A stretch of DNA of 61,948 bases, counting the filler, from Dimargaris cristalligena (Eukaryota), in the NCBI GenBank assembly GCA_003614675.1. It is 2 parts of 2 records of this genome, joined end to end, with 100 filler letters (N's around TTAATTAATTAA, not from the genome) between each part and the next. Parts side by side here need not be neighbours in the genome. Positions count along the whole stretch, not along the records: positions 1 to 30,936 come from ML002448.1; 1 more part is not named here. One strand, given 5' to 3'. Numbering within the stretch: position 1 is the first letter of the stretch; each line of letters starts with the position of its first letter. Both the position numbers and the translations under genes were made by a program. A model generated the notes under the pieces. That model worked only from the letters and a program-made list of their open reading frames with translations, made no database searches and was not told the origin of the DNA. This document shows, piece after piece, positions 11,787 to 25,531 of this stretch.

Positions 11787-14700
11787 CTATTCTAGTTTTG
11801 CGTGGGCTCTCTCTATCTCTTTCACTCCCTCCGAGGTCGGTGGCATCACATAAACGATAATATCCGACCCAACGGTGGTCATTTCCCGCGTTTCCACGTT
11901 CACTAATCGCAGTATCTTAAGGGAATGGAACCCGGGGTGCTGGGCAGTCAGTTGGACCACGGCCGTATAGTACGAGGTAGGTTCACGCAATTCGATGGTG
12001 ACGTCCGGGGTCATGACGACCAGGCCCGGCAGATCCAGCTGCCCGCTGGAATCATCGGCCTCAATCTGAGCCTGAGTCGGGGGGGCTCTTCCCACGGGAT
12101 CACCATAATTGAGACTACTATTGCTACCACCTCCACCGCCGCCGCTGCCGTTGATGGAAGCGGCCGCGGAAGTAGGGGAAGGGAATAGGAGTTGGGAGGG
12201 GTCCGTCGAGGTCAGTTGCAAAGTTTTGGCCTGGCTGGTAATGTTATTGATAATGATCGTGATTTGAAATGAAGTGCCGAATGGAATCACGGTTTGCGGG
12301 ACTACGGGGTGGTGGGGAGGAGGAGGGATGTCCAATAAAGGTTGGTTAAAGAGGGAGATATATAAATATGTGTGTTTAGTGAAGGTGGATAAACCAAGGG
12401 GCCGAATGAGAGTGCACAGTGGCGGGGGGGAGAGAGAGAGAGAGAGAGAGGCAAAAATTAAGTCGTTGGAGGAGTCAAATGGCTGATTCGCAAGATTATA
12501 TGAGGGGTCTCACCCTTCCCATACACATAATCTGAATCAGACCTCTAGGCCAAGGACTTAAGGGCTATTGTAGCTCACTCGGTCGGGGTGTGCACAAGTG
12601 TGTGTATGTCTGTATGTAAGTGTAGGTGGATGGGCTTAAAGTCCAACTAAAAATAAAGTCATACTCAGTACCCATACTTAATTACCCATGGCTAAAATCA
12701 GGGGGGCGGCTCAACACTTACCGGATATAGTTAAAAGAACTCCCAGTGCGGCGGACCGCACCAGGGGCCGAGTCTTGTATTCAGTGCCCATGGCCCCATT
12801 GGGCGTACTCGCGGTTCGGGAAAGCGGAACCAGGCCCAAGCCATGGATATCTCCTGTGTAACCCCCACTACCTATAAAGGAGTTCAGCCCGTTGAGCGGT
12901 AATGGGGGCCGACTGGTAGTGCTGGCGTTCGAGATCGAGGGCCCACCCGCCATTGCGTTGGTATTAAACGGCGTATTATGACTAGTACCCGGACCATCAT
13001 GGAATAGGGACCGTCGATGGTCTTGGTTGGATGGCCCGTGGTTAGAAGTCGGACCTCGGTTCGTGGCCGTCGGAGTCGCCGCCGGGTCCACATTATAGTT
13101 CGAGGGAGAATTCCGGCTTAATCGGTGGGGATCGACGTAATAATTGGTGGAAGCATTCACCGCTGTTGTTGCCGCCGCCGTCGTCGTCGCGGGCATCGTT
13201 GTCGATGTCATCATTGAAGAGTTGGACGTGGCATTGGGGTGGTAGGTCGCACTGGAAGGGCCAAACAACACGCCCTCGAGCGCAATGGACGACATATTGG
13301 ATGCGGTTGAACTCAGCCGGAACCGGTTACCCGTTCCGCCCCGCGGTCCCTGGTGGAGGGGCGGGAGGGGACGCAGTAGACTAGCAGCCAAGACCGGGGG
13401 TAGGGACAGGGGCCTAGGTCGGCCCGATTGGCCAGCGAGACCGGGCATCGTCCGCAGGAGATGGGAGGGGGTATGATTTGGGTTCAGATTGAGGCTGGGT
13501 TGGGGTCTGGTCCCCCGCAAAGAGCGGTGATCACTACCATTCCCCCCCCAAGGGGGTACGATGGCTGCGAGCCCAAATGGGTCGAACCGGCTGGTCCACC
13601 GGGCGTACGGGTGGGAAAGGCGGCCAACGAGGGCGTCAGAGGGTATTGGCTGCTGCCCTCCCATATGGCCCGGGTAGACATGTTACTCGTGTGTCGGTTC
13701 CCCCAGTTAAACATAGGGTCCACATATGAATGGCGGTTGGAGGTGGAGGTGCTCGACGGAGTGGGCAAAAAGGCGAGACCCGGGGTTTCCGGCAGGAGGA
13801 TGCCCGGTTGGCACGGGGCAAAAAAGGGTACCTGGGCCAAATCAACCTCATAATAGTTGGTGTGTAAGTAAGGCCGGGCCGCCGGGGTGGTGGGTTCGGG
13901 CTGGCACTGCTTCGGAGAGGGACCCGGATTTTTTCGTTGTTTGAGGCAGGGATACCCCCGAATCACCACTTTGAGCAGGGGATCCGTCGCTAAGTTTAGA
14001 CTCTGGTCGGTGGGGCTGAGAAGCGAAGGGCCGGACGAGTTCCAGTTGGCCACCGGTGCTAGCCGGTACACGATGTTATGGGTAGCCCCCGCGGAGATCT
14101 TAAGGGGGAATACGGATGTAGGTCTATCGGGCCATGACGTGGCCGCGACCATCCCTGCCGAAGACGCCAAGGCCGAGGATGAAGCCGAAGCCGAATTCGT
14201 GGTTGAGGTTGAGGTCGAAGTTGAAAGGAGAGGGGAAACGGACAACTGGGAGGACGGATGGGGATTATGGCCCGTCATAGGTCCCAGAATATCCGATACC
14301 ACCGCAATATTTGATTCGGCCGTTACTTGTTCCACCACGTAATCAAACGGCGCATAGGGGGATGAGGCGTTGACCAGTTCGACCGTTAGAAACAAGTCAG
14401 CGGGGTGATCCATCTGGGTAAACTCGTAGCTCACTAACAGTCCGGCCTGGAGGGGGAGAAGGAAGTCGACCGACTTTGTCAAGTGTCGGGGGTTAGTGGC
14501 AATCAGATCATGGCCAACCGCTCGTTGTTCCATGTCACCCTCGGAAGTAGCACCGTCCCGGTTGAAGTGGCCCGTGTCTAGGCTTAGCCAGTCGGACCCC
14601 GTTCGCTCCATACCCGCCAAACCCAGGAAATTTTCACTTGCGTCAAAGTGCCCATTGGCAAGAGTTCCGGTATCCGCCCCCGCATTGGGAGATGCGACCT

Positions 14701-16324
14701 TACCACTGTGATTCAAAGCACCACCACTAGCAGCAGCACCATTGGTATCGTTATAGGTATCAATAGTCCAGCCCCCTAGGCCGGCCACCAAATCGCCCAA
14801 GGCACCCAAGGTATTCAATTCGAGGGTCGAATGGGCCAACCCGGGGCACGGGTCAGCCGGGCGGATTTTAGTCCACTGGCCCACCGCCGTGAGGGTGATT
14901 TGCACGGTGGGACATTCGTGGACCAGGGGCGCCTGTACGTTTTGCAGCGGAATAGGTAGTTGGAAAATGGCGGTGGGTTTTTCGGCCCGGTCTTGGGTTA
15001 GTATCCAGAGCCGATTGGATCTGCCGGCTGCCGAATTACGCCAAGCCACCGTAGGCCCCCCCGGTGAGCTAGAGGAGGGGGGTGGTGGTACTTGCGGTCT
15101 ACCGAATCCCACGGCATTAGGCTGGATTGTCAAGGAAAGCCAGTGGGAGGAATGCCCATTATCCGCATGGGACGTCGTCGGTTGGCCAACTCCTATATCT
15201 CCTGCGCCCGAGAAGGAGGGATTGCTGTTCGTCAGGGAGGGTGGTCGAAGGGCCGACGGATGGTGGTTAGATGCATGCAAAATTTTCGAACCATTGCCCG
15301 GTTGGGAGGCAGTACGACGAATATTGGTTCCACTAAATTGGCCCAAGCTCTGAATATTGTAACGCATATTCGCCTTGCCCCCATAGTGGGGGGGTTCCGG
15401 GCCGGGGGTCAACTGGGGCGGACCGGTATTGCGGTCAAACCGGGCGGAGGCGGGTGGAGAGACAGGAGCACCCATCGGTATGTCGTTGTTGGGGTTGCTT
15501 TCGGCGTAGTACTGGGCCGGGTCGCTCATACGGGTCGGTGGGCGCCGGTACTGACCATTTGATTGACTGGGCGTGGTTGTTCGCCGACGGTCATTTCGAG
15601 AAGGGTGTTTTTGGTGGTGGTGGTGGTTGGTGCTGATATTGTTATTGAAGCCGCTTTGGGTCGGGTCGGCGGATGGGGGAGTGGTGTTACTGACCAATGG
15701 GTGCACGGGTTGGTCGGACCCGCCGACGTTCACGTAAAATTCCAGTGCACTGAAAAATTCATCCAAGGGATCTTCAAGCAGGGCCCAGTCTAAGGCTACT
15801 TCGGAGGCCATACACCGGGCCTTGACTTTATCCCGCCAGTTGGCCGGTAATTGGCACACCGTATACAGGGTCAAGGGCTCACCTAACGGGGTAGAAGTGT
15901 TGGTGCAGCGGAAAAATGGAAGGGCATGGGTTAGTAATGGTTAGGCCTAGAGTTCGTTTTAGAACTGACTCCCAAATATTGGCAGGCCTAAGCGGGGTCA
16001 TCGTTCGCCTTTCAATACCTAAATATAAGGTGTCCCGAAATGGACGCATTTGTAAGATGGGTCAACGGTATGGGCGTACGGCCCGGGGCTGGAAATGCGT
16101 AGAAGGAGGGACCTTTAAGCCTGGAGGGCCCCGATACCTCATCTCATTCGGAGTATCAACTGACCTGTAAAGACATGTCGGCGCTGGAATTGGAGCACCG
16201 TGGTTGCATCTCCGACCAGGTCGTGGTGAAATGGGTCGTCGGTCAGGCGGGTCGACCACTCGCTCAGTTCCAACAGATGGCGAAACAGCTCGGCCGGTAT
16301 GCGCCCATCGCCAGTGGTGACCAT
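11787..16324 (-). CDS. TRS65: TRAPPII-specific subunit Trs65-like protein; 3 exons, apparent frameshift at a G8 run
   Basis: Exons 16324-16165, 15882-12722 (frame change near 13542-13549) and 12301-11787, with canonical GT-AG junctions giving QRRHVFTG|EPLTLY and LTIS|VPQTV. Trs65-like blocks: LFLTVELVN..FPLKISAGATHNIVYRL and FQITIIINN..GLVVMTPDVTI..GFHSLKILRLVNVET. Confidence 0.75.
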
Positions 16325-16760
16325 CGTGCAATGTATATGAGGTAAAAATAGAAGAGGAATAGCAGCGTGTGGAATGGTCGAAAGCCAAAAGAGTTCGAAA
16401 GGGTAGAAAGTTCTGTCCAAGAGCTGCTTTAGGACCACGCAGTTAAGGGTGGAATGCAGATGCCACTCGATTTAGTCATGGGCAGGGTCACATGGGTCTC
16501 AGACGTAAGTGACGACTCTCGTGGGCCTGGACCAGGCCTAACAAAGATTATTTCGGGATTGGTCACCCATATTCTCGACGGTTGGGGTACTACAGTAGAG
16601 CTGTACACAGTGGTTTCTATGTGAGAGAATGCCAAGCGTAGTGAATGGTTTATTATGGGTAATTCTCAGGCACATCCAGATATGCTAATATATATATATA
16701 TATATATATACTGTCCGCTCCAAAAGTGAGCCACTGGCACGGTCAGCGAGTCAGCGGAAA

Positions 16761-18639
16761 TTAGGCCAATACAATGTACTTTTGCAAGTGGTCCGGAATG
16801 GCCGTCAGGAGGTTTTTAGACTCGAGCCATTTGCGACCTAGCGATGCGGGGAACCAAAATAAAAATGGGTTAAAGCGGAGTTTAATAGGTTATCACATTC
16901 ACCATTATTGTAAATGGGAGGTAATATTCCAACCAGGGCCCACCGCAGCTTATCCATGAGTGACTATGGATAATAATTGAGTGGGGGTATTGGCCGAAGC
17001 GACTCACAAATGTATATGGACTAAACTTACTGAAGAGCCGAGATTGGTAACGGTAGGCGCCGTCGCAAATCATCGTCACGATCGTTTTGTCTATACGGTG
17101 GATAAATAATAAGCAATGCCGAGGGATATATAGGCCGGGTCGCCGGAAGAAGTTAGGAGTAGTTACTAATACCTACCACTAGGACACCAGGCTGATGCTA
17201 ATAGTATCCCGGCCATTGAGGCCTGGCCCACATTAATTTATATAAGTGACTTACTAGGCCCTATTTGTTTCGCAACCTCCACTGCCGCCGCGACATTAAG
17301 AGCGGACGACGCCCCAATGTAGATACCCTCTTCATCCAGTAGTCGATACAGGGTAGAAATGGTCAATTCGTCCGGAATGTACACTGAGTCGTCAATCAGG
17401 CCAATGTCTGGTCGAAGATTATCGGTTACTCGGCCCTGGCCGATGCCTTCGGTAATCGAGCTACCCTGGCGTTCAGTCAACTGGCCCCCGCTCTGGATAT
17501 AGCTGTGGAGCACCGATCCGGGCGGGTCGGCCAAAACGATGCGGATACGGGGGTCGCGCTCCTTCAAGTAGCGAGCGGTACCGGCCAGGGTACCCCCCGT
17601 TCCCGTGGCGCAGGTGAAAGCATCGAGTGGCGGACCAGTGGGGTCGGTTTGGTCCGTTCCACCGGTTTGGGCCCAAATCTCGGGGCCCGTCGTCTCAATA
17701 TGGGCCCGGCGGTTGGCGGTATTATCGAATTGGTTCGTCCAGACCGCATTAGAACCCAATGATTCAGCCAAGCGGGCGGCCTGGTGGTTATAGTTCTCGG
17801 GGTTATCAAAAGGCACAGCGGGGACGGGGAATACTTCAGCGCCGAGCATGCGCAGCAGGTCGATTTTCTCCTGGCTCTGGGTATTGGGCATAAAAATAAC
17901 ACACCGGTAGCCCTTGGCGCGGCACACGTGGGCCAGTCCAATGCCAGTATTGCCCGCCGTGCCCTCCACGACCGTACCACCCGGGCCGAGCAAGCCGCGC
18001 TCTTCGGCGTCTTTCACTACATAGAGGGCGGCCCGGTCTTTGACCGAACCCCCTGGGTTCATGAATTCGGCCTTGCCCAGTATGTTGCAGCCCGTTTCAC
18101 GACTCAGGGACTCAATGCGCATCTGTCCACCAAATAGGAATAGTCACGTGGAGCAATGGTTGGGGCATTTAGTGAACTCGTTGAAGCTCCGAGCAGGTCG
18201 CCTTCTACAGCTTGCGACCGCCAACCAGGACTGTGGGTAGTCAGTTGAGGGCCACCGGATGTTGAATAGGGAATATTGGGAGTAGAGTCGCTTACCAGAG
18301 GGGTATTGCCGATGGCGCCAATGAACCCGTTGACCGTCTAGGACACACGGTGGTTGGGTATATATATATTGTTAAGTCAGAGAGAGCCAAGTCATATAAG
18401 TATAGATACCGCAATTATAGGGGACATTTTTTTTATTGCACCCGCGGATATGCGGACTTGTCGAACCCTCGTGCAGATTAATGAGGGTGAAGAGAGAACG
18501 CCCAGGGGGGTAAGTGAAAAGGTCTGGAATATCTTATTATTTAGGTACTGAGGGTTACCTTGACGGTGGAAAAGAACCGGTGGCGGGCGGTTAGCCGCCG
18601 GCAATTGCCAAGAGCGCAGTAGGCTACAGACAAGGACAT
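16761..18639 (-). CDS. cysB: Cysteine synthase (O-acetylserine sulfhydrylase, PLP-dependent; fungal CysB/Cys11 type)
   Basis: Exons 18639-18559, 18337-18296 ([14 protein letters not shown]), 18122-17255, 17090-17031 and 16837-16761, all GT-AG and in frame. Motifs [14 protein letters not shown] (PLP lysine), [19 protein letters not shown]. Confidence 0.93.
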
Positions 18640-19808
18640 GAGACGACGCCGGAGTGACGGTGATAGGGTTCGAAGGAATAAGCAACAAACGGTCGAAGGA
18701 GGTATATGAAGTGGTCAGGAATGAAGCAAGTCGTAAACGAATGGGGATGGAAAGGCAGGCCAGTCACAGCCAACTAAAACATGGATTATACTGTGCTTTT
18801 CCCGCAGCCTAGATTAATAGGGGCCTCACGTCATTCTATAAAGGGCTTTCTTCCCATCCCATCCCATCCCTTTTCGCCTGACTCTCCCGTAGTCCAGGTC
18901 TTCCAGTGGGCAGGGCGATGATGATTGAGAAGGTACTGCAGCTCACTGGGCGACCTAAAGCCAGAAATAGCTAAAGGTCAATGTTAGACTTTTATTGCAG
19001 GCAGCAGTAGCAGTCATCGCGCAAGCCTTACTTCAAGATACACAGCCGTTACTTTGCCATAAAACAGAGGGGGTTTCACTTGGCTGTTTAGGCGTGCAGA
19101 TGTAATACTAGACAACATGATTGATTAGGCTGGAGTTGACTCGCACTAGTACTGCCCCAAAGTTCCGTAGATGGATTGTAATTTAGAACAACTATCTATC
19201 TCATGTAGCAATGTCTGTGCTGTGGTGTAATAATGTTGGTTATTTTGGAAACTAGAATGTCTATTATTTGCCCCTCCATCCTCCTCATTAATCGATGATT
19301 GGACTAATAAATTGGAATTAGATACTGCTGTTGTCAACAGCTAATGGGATGCCAAGTGGCTGATTCTTTCATCTGGGGTATTTATGGATAAGAGGGTTAT
19401 TAGATATATTACTACTGCTTACTGCGCCATCCAAGCGGTTAAGGCTGCCAGCAAAAATAGCGCATTTATATAATAATTATATATACCCCAGAAAACACTA
19501 CAATAGAGTGAAGGTGGTGGTCATTCCCTACTTGAATTCCAACGGCGTATATTATTCCTTCCCCAACCTGTCCCACTTTTGTGTGCATTCCCCATACCCA
19601 TCATATGCCCAGTTTTTATTCCACACAGTACTCCACTTTTCAAAACAACGCCTTCAGCCGCCAAGGTTTTGCACTAGCCCTACAAAATACCCAAACCTTC
19701 ACACCTATTATTATATCGTGTTTCTCGCCTAAAGCCCAATACCACCCCCCCTCTCATTCCACCCATTGATTTCTCTAGTACAGCGTGTCCTTTCGCTAGC
19801 AATACACA

Positions 19809-20943
19809 ATGTCCGCCGAAGCCCCAAACGAATCCGACCGCAAGGCCTGCCCCGTCGATCACACCGCTAAGCAAGACGGTACGGCGTCTGCCAAGAGCTG
19901 GGCCAATCTCTTCGGCTTCTTCTCCTCCGACCAATCCACTAAACCGAATTCGCCAGTGAGCCAGTCTACTCCAATGCCAACTACCACCCAGGTCAATCCC
20001 GACAATTTCATGCCCGAGTTAGACCAGTCTCCCGTCGACGGGCAAAAGACTGTGCTCTCTACCGAACGCGAACTCTCCACTATACCGAGGGCGTTCCCAG
20101 GGAAGTCCGATTCCGCCAAGAGCTGCCCGGTCCAGGCCGAGCAGCAGCAGCGCTCCTTCTCCACTTCGTCGTCAGCGGCTACCGCTGAAGCACCTGCGGT
20201 GTCGCATTCCGGCATGGACGGCCATTTCACCCAGGACGGGGTGGACAATCCCGAAGTCAGCAATACCTGGGTCTACCCGTCGTCACAGCAGTTCCACCAG
20301 GCCCTCGTGCGTAAGGGCATGGAAACCCCCGAGGAAGCAGTCGATATGATGGTGGCCATCCACAACTTTTTGAACGAAGGGTGCTGGCAGGAGGTGCTCA
20401 AGTGGGAAAAGCTACACATGGACGAGTGCCGGGAACCTAAACTTCTGCGGTTACGTGGGCGGCCCAACGATCTTAGTCCCAAGGCCCGGTTTCTCAGCTG
20501 GTTCGGGTAAGTACCTGCATAGTATATTCATGAACACTGGAGTAATAGCGGCCATGTGCCTCAAAACCGCCTTACTTTTTTTATATTTCCTTTCCTCTCC
20601 TTTTTATCAACCCTATATTAGGGGGCAGCACAACCCCTCAGTAGATAGGCCAGTCATCTAACCACACAATATAATCCTTTCACTTTCGACAATTTCCCCT
20701 TCCCACCCAATTAGAACACCTCGTCCCTTTGATCGCCACGACTGGGTAGTGTCCCGTTGCGGACGGGAGGTTCGCTACGTTATCGACTATTATTCGGGAC
20801 AAGGTCAGCCTGACGTGCCCGAATTCCATGTCGATGTCCGACCGGCGCTTGACTCACCTCAGGCCGTTTACGACCGGATGCGGGTGGCGTTGCAAGAAGG
20901 CTACCAATGGGTCTCTAGCCCCGGCAAGCCGGATAGGTCCTAA
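19809..20943 (+). CDS. CYC3: Cytochrome c heme lyase (holocytochrome c synthase); 2 exons
   Basis: Exons 19809-20506 and 20715-20943. Two N-terminal CPV heme motifs; [25 protein letters not shown] (Cyc3-like), PFDRHDW, RYVIDYY, DVRPALD. Confidence 0.93.
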
Positions 20944-23634
20944 GGTGGTTTTTATCGCCTACAGAGCCAATCCGGAGAGACAGCCATGCCGTAACATCCG
21001 GACTGTCCCCCTTTTTTCCGGCAATTTTTTTAACCGAAAATTACACCCCCCAATATTTAGATTTGCCTTTAAATATTTGGTGTCTGCTTTCGTCTGTTTT
21101 ATATATAAAAATATATGTGGGTTTTAAAAAGTAGCCTTTTATTTACAATGGCGTGCTTATAAAAGCAATGTTTACCAGAATCCTCGATAAATGCTCCAAG
21201 ATGGCTAAATAGAATGCTGTACCCTTTAAGCGACATGTGTAATCCTCCAATGCTATCCGTCGGCCTTGGATTCTAGACGCAATTATAATAGTTTGTATAC
21301 CCTGGCCCTAGCCCCTTCCTACCCCACCATGGACTGGTTCTACCATATACAAATGGGCGAAGTTCAACCCGGGCGTATATTATTGTAAGCGGTATGTAAA
21401 TGGGGCGCCGTGCGAGAAATTCGCCATTAATCTGAAAGCCGCATCCCCCCGGACGGGCTCTTCTCACGATCCAACTGAGCTGAATTTGTTGGTTTAATTA
21501 TGTGCTTTCGGAGACATTTTTTATAATCAGCTTGGCACTAAAGGAGGCGGACTTCGCTAGCAGCTAAGTGACCGGACTCTATATATGTGTGTGATTTACA
21601 GACAGCCGGCCTAGTTACGCAGCTACCGGGTTAAGTAATGTTCATCTGATTGGGAGTAGTCTAATCTTGATGGAAATGGATTTGACCTTTAAACACAGCA
21701 GTGGAAAAATATAATAAATGCCAGGGGAAAACACCACGTACAGACGGTAGTAAGGTTAAATGTTTTTGAAACACTACTCTGGGAACGCCTTCGCCCTATC
21801 TTTTGGGAAAGTCGGCCCCCCAATTTACGTATGAGTGACACCTGCTGACACTGATTTAGTTTTGCAAAGTTTGGTGAAAGTGGCCTATCATAAACACACA
21901 GTGGCTGCTTCGGAGGCCCTGGATTATTCCGATACCAGCCAGATTAAATGAATATTGGTGAAAAAATCACACCTTGGCCGACCCCCCTCCCAAATATATT
22001 TGGGAAGCCGCGGTACACTGGTTCAATTGGGCTGGCCCAGTCAGAAAAAGGTGGTTCGATTGATTCCGCGTCTGCCGCATCAAGGGGCCCACTCAAATGT
22101 ACCTGCAATTGGCCGGCGTAGGCCGCTTTTAGTAGAGGAATGTTCCCAGGCCCCAAGATGAAGAGGGATATTATTTTAAGTGATACTGAATGAAATATGC
22201 GCCAAGAGTATCCTAGAGCCTTCTGCCAACGCCAACCGTTAAATTTTTCATGTATAAAATAATTAGACCCTTTTGATTTAGGGACAAAGAGGGCTGTCCC
22301 CTGAATAGGCTATGTGGGGGCTGGGAACAACAAATCCCGGAAGACCAGGTACGCGTGTAATAAACCAAATTACATTGCTACTCCGGGTGATCTCCAAAAC
22401 CAGAAGATAAATCTGGGGGTAAACAACCGCCCGGTAACGAACCCGGTTAGGCCAAGAGGAATATCAGTAAGTTAAAATACGACAGGGAAATGGACCCAGC
22501 TTGGAATACATGAATAATACCCACTGTTGCCACTACCAAGATTAACCGATTAGCTGTTGCTGTGGGTATAAGTGACACTCAACCTTGATATCAGCAGCCT
22601 AGGAAGAAGGTTGAAGAGGGCTAGGGTACGTCGCTGAGGCACTATACTCCCCCCTCTGCAATGCAGATTGCTGGTATAGTTGCCGCCGGAGGTATCCTGC
22701 CTTACTACTTTTTTTCTGCAAGGCCCAACGATACGGCAGTAATAGGAATGCCACGTCGCCTATGCCATTGAACACTGAATAGGAACGTTTGGGCTGGTTT
22801 AATGTAGAAGACTATGGCCCCTGGTCAAATCACCCGGTGCTCTCTGGTATAATACAGGTACTCTTTAGCTGATTTAGGATATTTTTTTCGTCAAATTGGA
22901 CGGGCGCGATATCCATCAGCCTGGAATTCGACACGCTGGGCGCATTGAAGAGGTTGTACTGGTCCCTGCTTTGGTCCCGAAGGCCAAGCGCACCTATACT
23001 TATATATATATATATATATTAATTCATTCATGTGATCACTTCCGCACTATCTCCCCCCTTCCACACACACACACACGTACACACACCCGTCCATTAACGG
23101 TTTAACAGCCCCTTTTCCCTAAGGAATTGATTTCCCATCAAAATGCAGTGTTCAAATTGACGCCTAGAATTTTTACGTCGCGCAGAAAGACAGCTGATTG
23201 ACACCCGTTGGCTAAGTGGGTATATAAATATTCTGGCCATCTCTTCCCCCACTTACATTATACATTGTGACTGTTAGTCTATTAATATTCTGTACTATCG
23301 GCCTAATTCCCCTTTCCCTCCCACTAGCTCAGTCACCTCTCCTGCCGTTGATCTTTTTCGCGTTTCCTCCTTAAGTGTAACTAATACTGGCCCTCCGGCA
23401 GTTCCTATATTTATATAAAAGAGCGTGCCCTGTGCTCTACTGGTCTTCATTTGGGGTTTCAACCATCGGCCAATATTACATTACCACTCGCTCCACCATT
23501 TTTTATTTATTTATGCATTAGAAAATATTTTTATTATCAGGACATTACCCATTGTATACCCCCTTATCCTTCCAACTTAACCACCTACGGCTCCCTACCC
23601 CACCAATCTCGTACCACCATTTTGGGTATCTAGC

Positions 23635-25531
23635 ATGTTGCCTAAGCTGCTACTATCCCAACCGGATGAGGTTCTAGAGCTAACCGCGGCCTACCTCAGT
23701 CCCGCCGACCTTATCGCGCTCAGCAGTGCCCAATCCCAACTTCGGAGCCATTTCTTACCCTATGCTTTTCGTAGAACCCACTGTACTACCTCCCATGCCG
23801 TTCCGATTTTGGAGGAGAAGCCGTGGATGTCACTGGTCCCACCACCAACCCTTAGTTTGCGGTCGTCTACCCGTCGTCTAGCCACCCGGATTCGCTTGGG
23901 CCCACTGGTCCGGCACCTCACTCTTCATCTGGACCACCTGCAGTATGGTACAGCGCCCCCGATTGAATCGCTACTTGATCAGGGTCTGCAGAGTGGGTCA
24001 ACTGATGACCACCTTTCGTGGTTCCCAAACGTAACTCAGTTGCTAGTGACTGAAGCCGATCCACTTCGCGTTCGGTCCATACCAAACACTAGCGTCACCC
24101 CTACCACCACCCCCCATTCCACCCCCGATTTCACTACGGCTACCGCCTTGACTACGTCCTCCTCCCCCAAAGGCGCTACTAGTGCAGGGCGAACCCAATC
24201 ACTACCACCACCCCCACCTGCATCATTATCGGCACCACCATTGTCACTGTCACTGCCATTGTCGTTACTCGAGCCACTGCCGGCGTCCACGCAGGGATGC
24301 CTAGACCACAACCTGCTCTCCCCCTGGCGACCCCTGGTCCCCCATAACATGGCAGTAAACTTGACCCACCTGACCTTACAGCTTACTGATCTAGAATCCC
24401 CTCATCATCACCCCCAGGAAGAAACCAGGTCGCCACAACATGGTTCCTGCACTCAGCGACAGGGTCAACTATACCGGCTGCTGGTGACGACAAATCGACT
24501 TACTCACCTGAAACTGAGCTGTAGTCGCCGGAGCCCTCCCGACCACCCCGTCCCTTCCACTCCGGCTGTCACTACAGTCACCCCCCCCCTTCCTTTCGGC
24601 TCCACGCTCTCCCGCATGGCACGCTGGTTTCGTCGGTTGTCCTCGTCTGCGGGTGGTCACAGTCGACGGTTGCGCCGATGACCCCCTGTTACGCTCCATC
24701 CACACCCACCTTTCTAGTCTTCGCTCTCTAACCCTTCGACGCCACCGGATCACTGGACGTGCGTTGGCCGAGTACCTCCTACCTACCCAACCGTTGCTAC
24801 GAAGCCTAACCCTCGACCCCTTACCGCCATCCCTCCTCCAGTCTCCTCGAATGGCCGACCCCTTCGCACCAAGTGCGACTAGGGGAGGCTTCTTTAATGA
24901 GCATTATCTGCCGCAACTGCGCCACCTCACTTTAACGGGGGCGGTATCCGATCTGGTCATTGACCACGACCGGCACCTCCCCTTACACCAGCCGGTTCTC
25001 CATTACCGGTCCCATAGCGGTGGCACTCTGCTGCAGTTCAAGCGGCTGTGGCGAAGTCTCAAATCGGTGTGCATCCGGCGATTACCGGTGGGGGATGTCG
25101 ATATCCATCGGTTGGTCCGAAACTGCCCCCGGTTGGCTCAGGTGGAATTAGATCAAGTACCAGTCACTGGAAACGGTTACCGCGCCCTATTGGAACACAG
25201 TTCCCGCTTGCGCACGCTACGCATCCGACAGGCGGATGCCTTATCCGGCCAGGGCACTCTCACCGCACCTCATAAGACGGTCACTCGTCACCAACTGGTA
25301 CCCGTCCGATTGGCATCGTCCCGGATTGCTGAGCTCGAGATTTTAATCGCCGGGTTTCGTATGGATTGGCTCGCGCACCTTAAACCGCAACTCCAGCACG
25401 TTCACACAGTGACTCTACCAGGTCCCCTTCGAAAATCGGAATTGTTGCAAGCGGTCTTGATCTGCCCCGGAGCTAAGGTATCCCTGCGAAAAGAACATGC
25501 GGTTTCGAATCCAACGGTTGTGATGGTATAG
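23635..25531 (+). CDS. F-box protein with C-terminal leucine-rich repeats; split into two frames at a C9 run
   Basis: F-box-like LLSQPDEVLELTAAYLSPADLIALS. LRR-like units FPNVTQLLV, NLTHLTL, RLTHLKL, CPRLRVVTV, LPQLRHLTL, CPRLAQVEL. Removing one C from 24581-24589 fuses ORFs 23635-24681 and 24653-25531. Confidence 0.75.

Noticed and set aside
12711-13664. 317-aa ORF as a standalone gene
   Set aside because: It is the post-frameshift continuation of TRS65 and splices to the 12301-11787 exon.
16429-16635. 68-aa ORF between cysteine synthase and TRS65
   Set aside because: Non-ATG start, no motif, and it lies in the likely terminator/promoter interval.
18916-18960. ATGATGA C-box-like motif suggesting a C/D snoRNA
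   Set aside because: No suitably placed CTGA D box or terminal stem seen.
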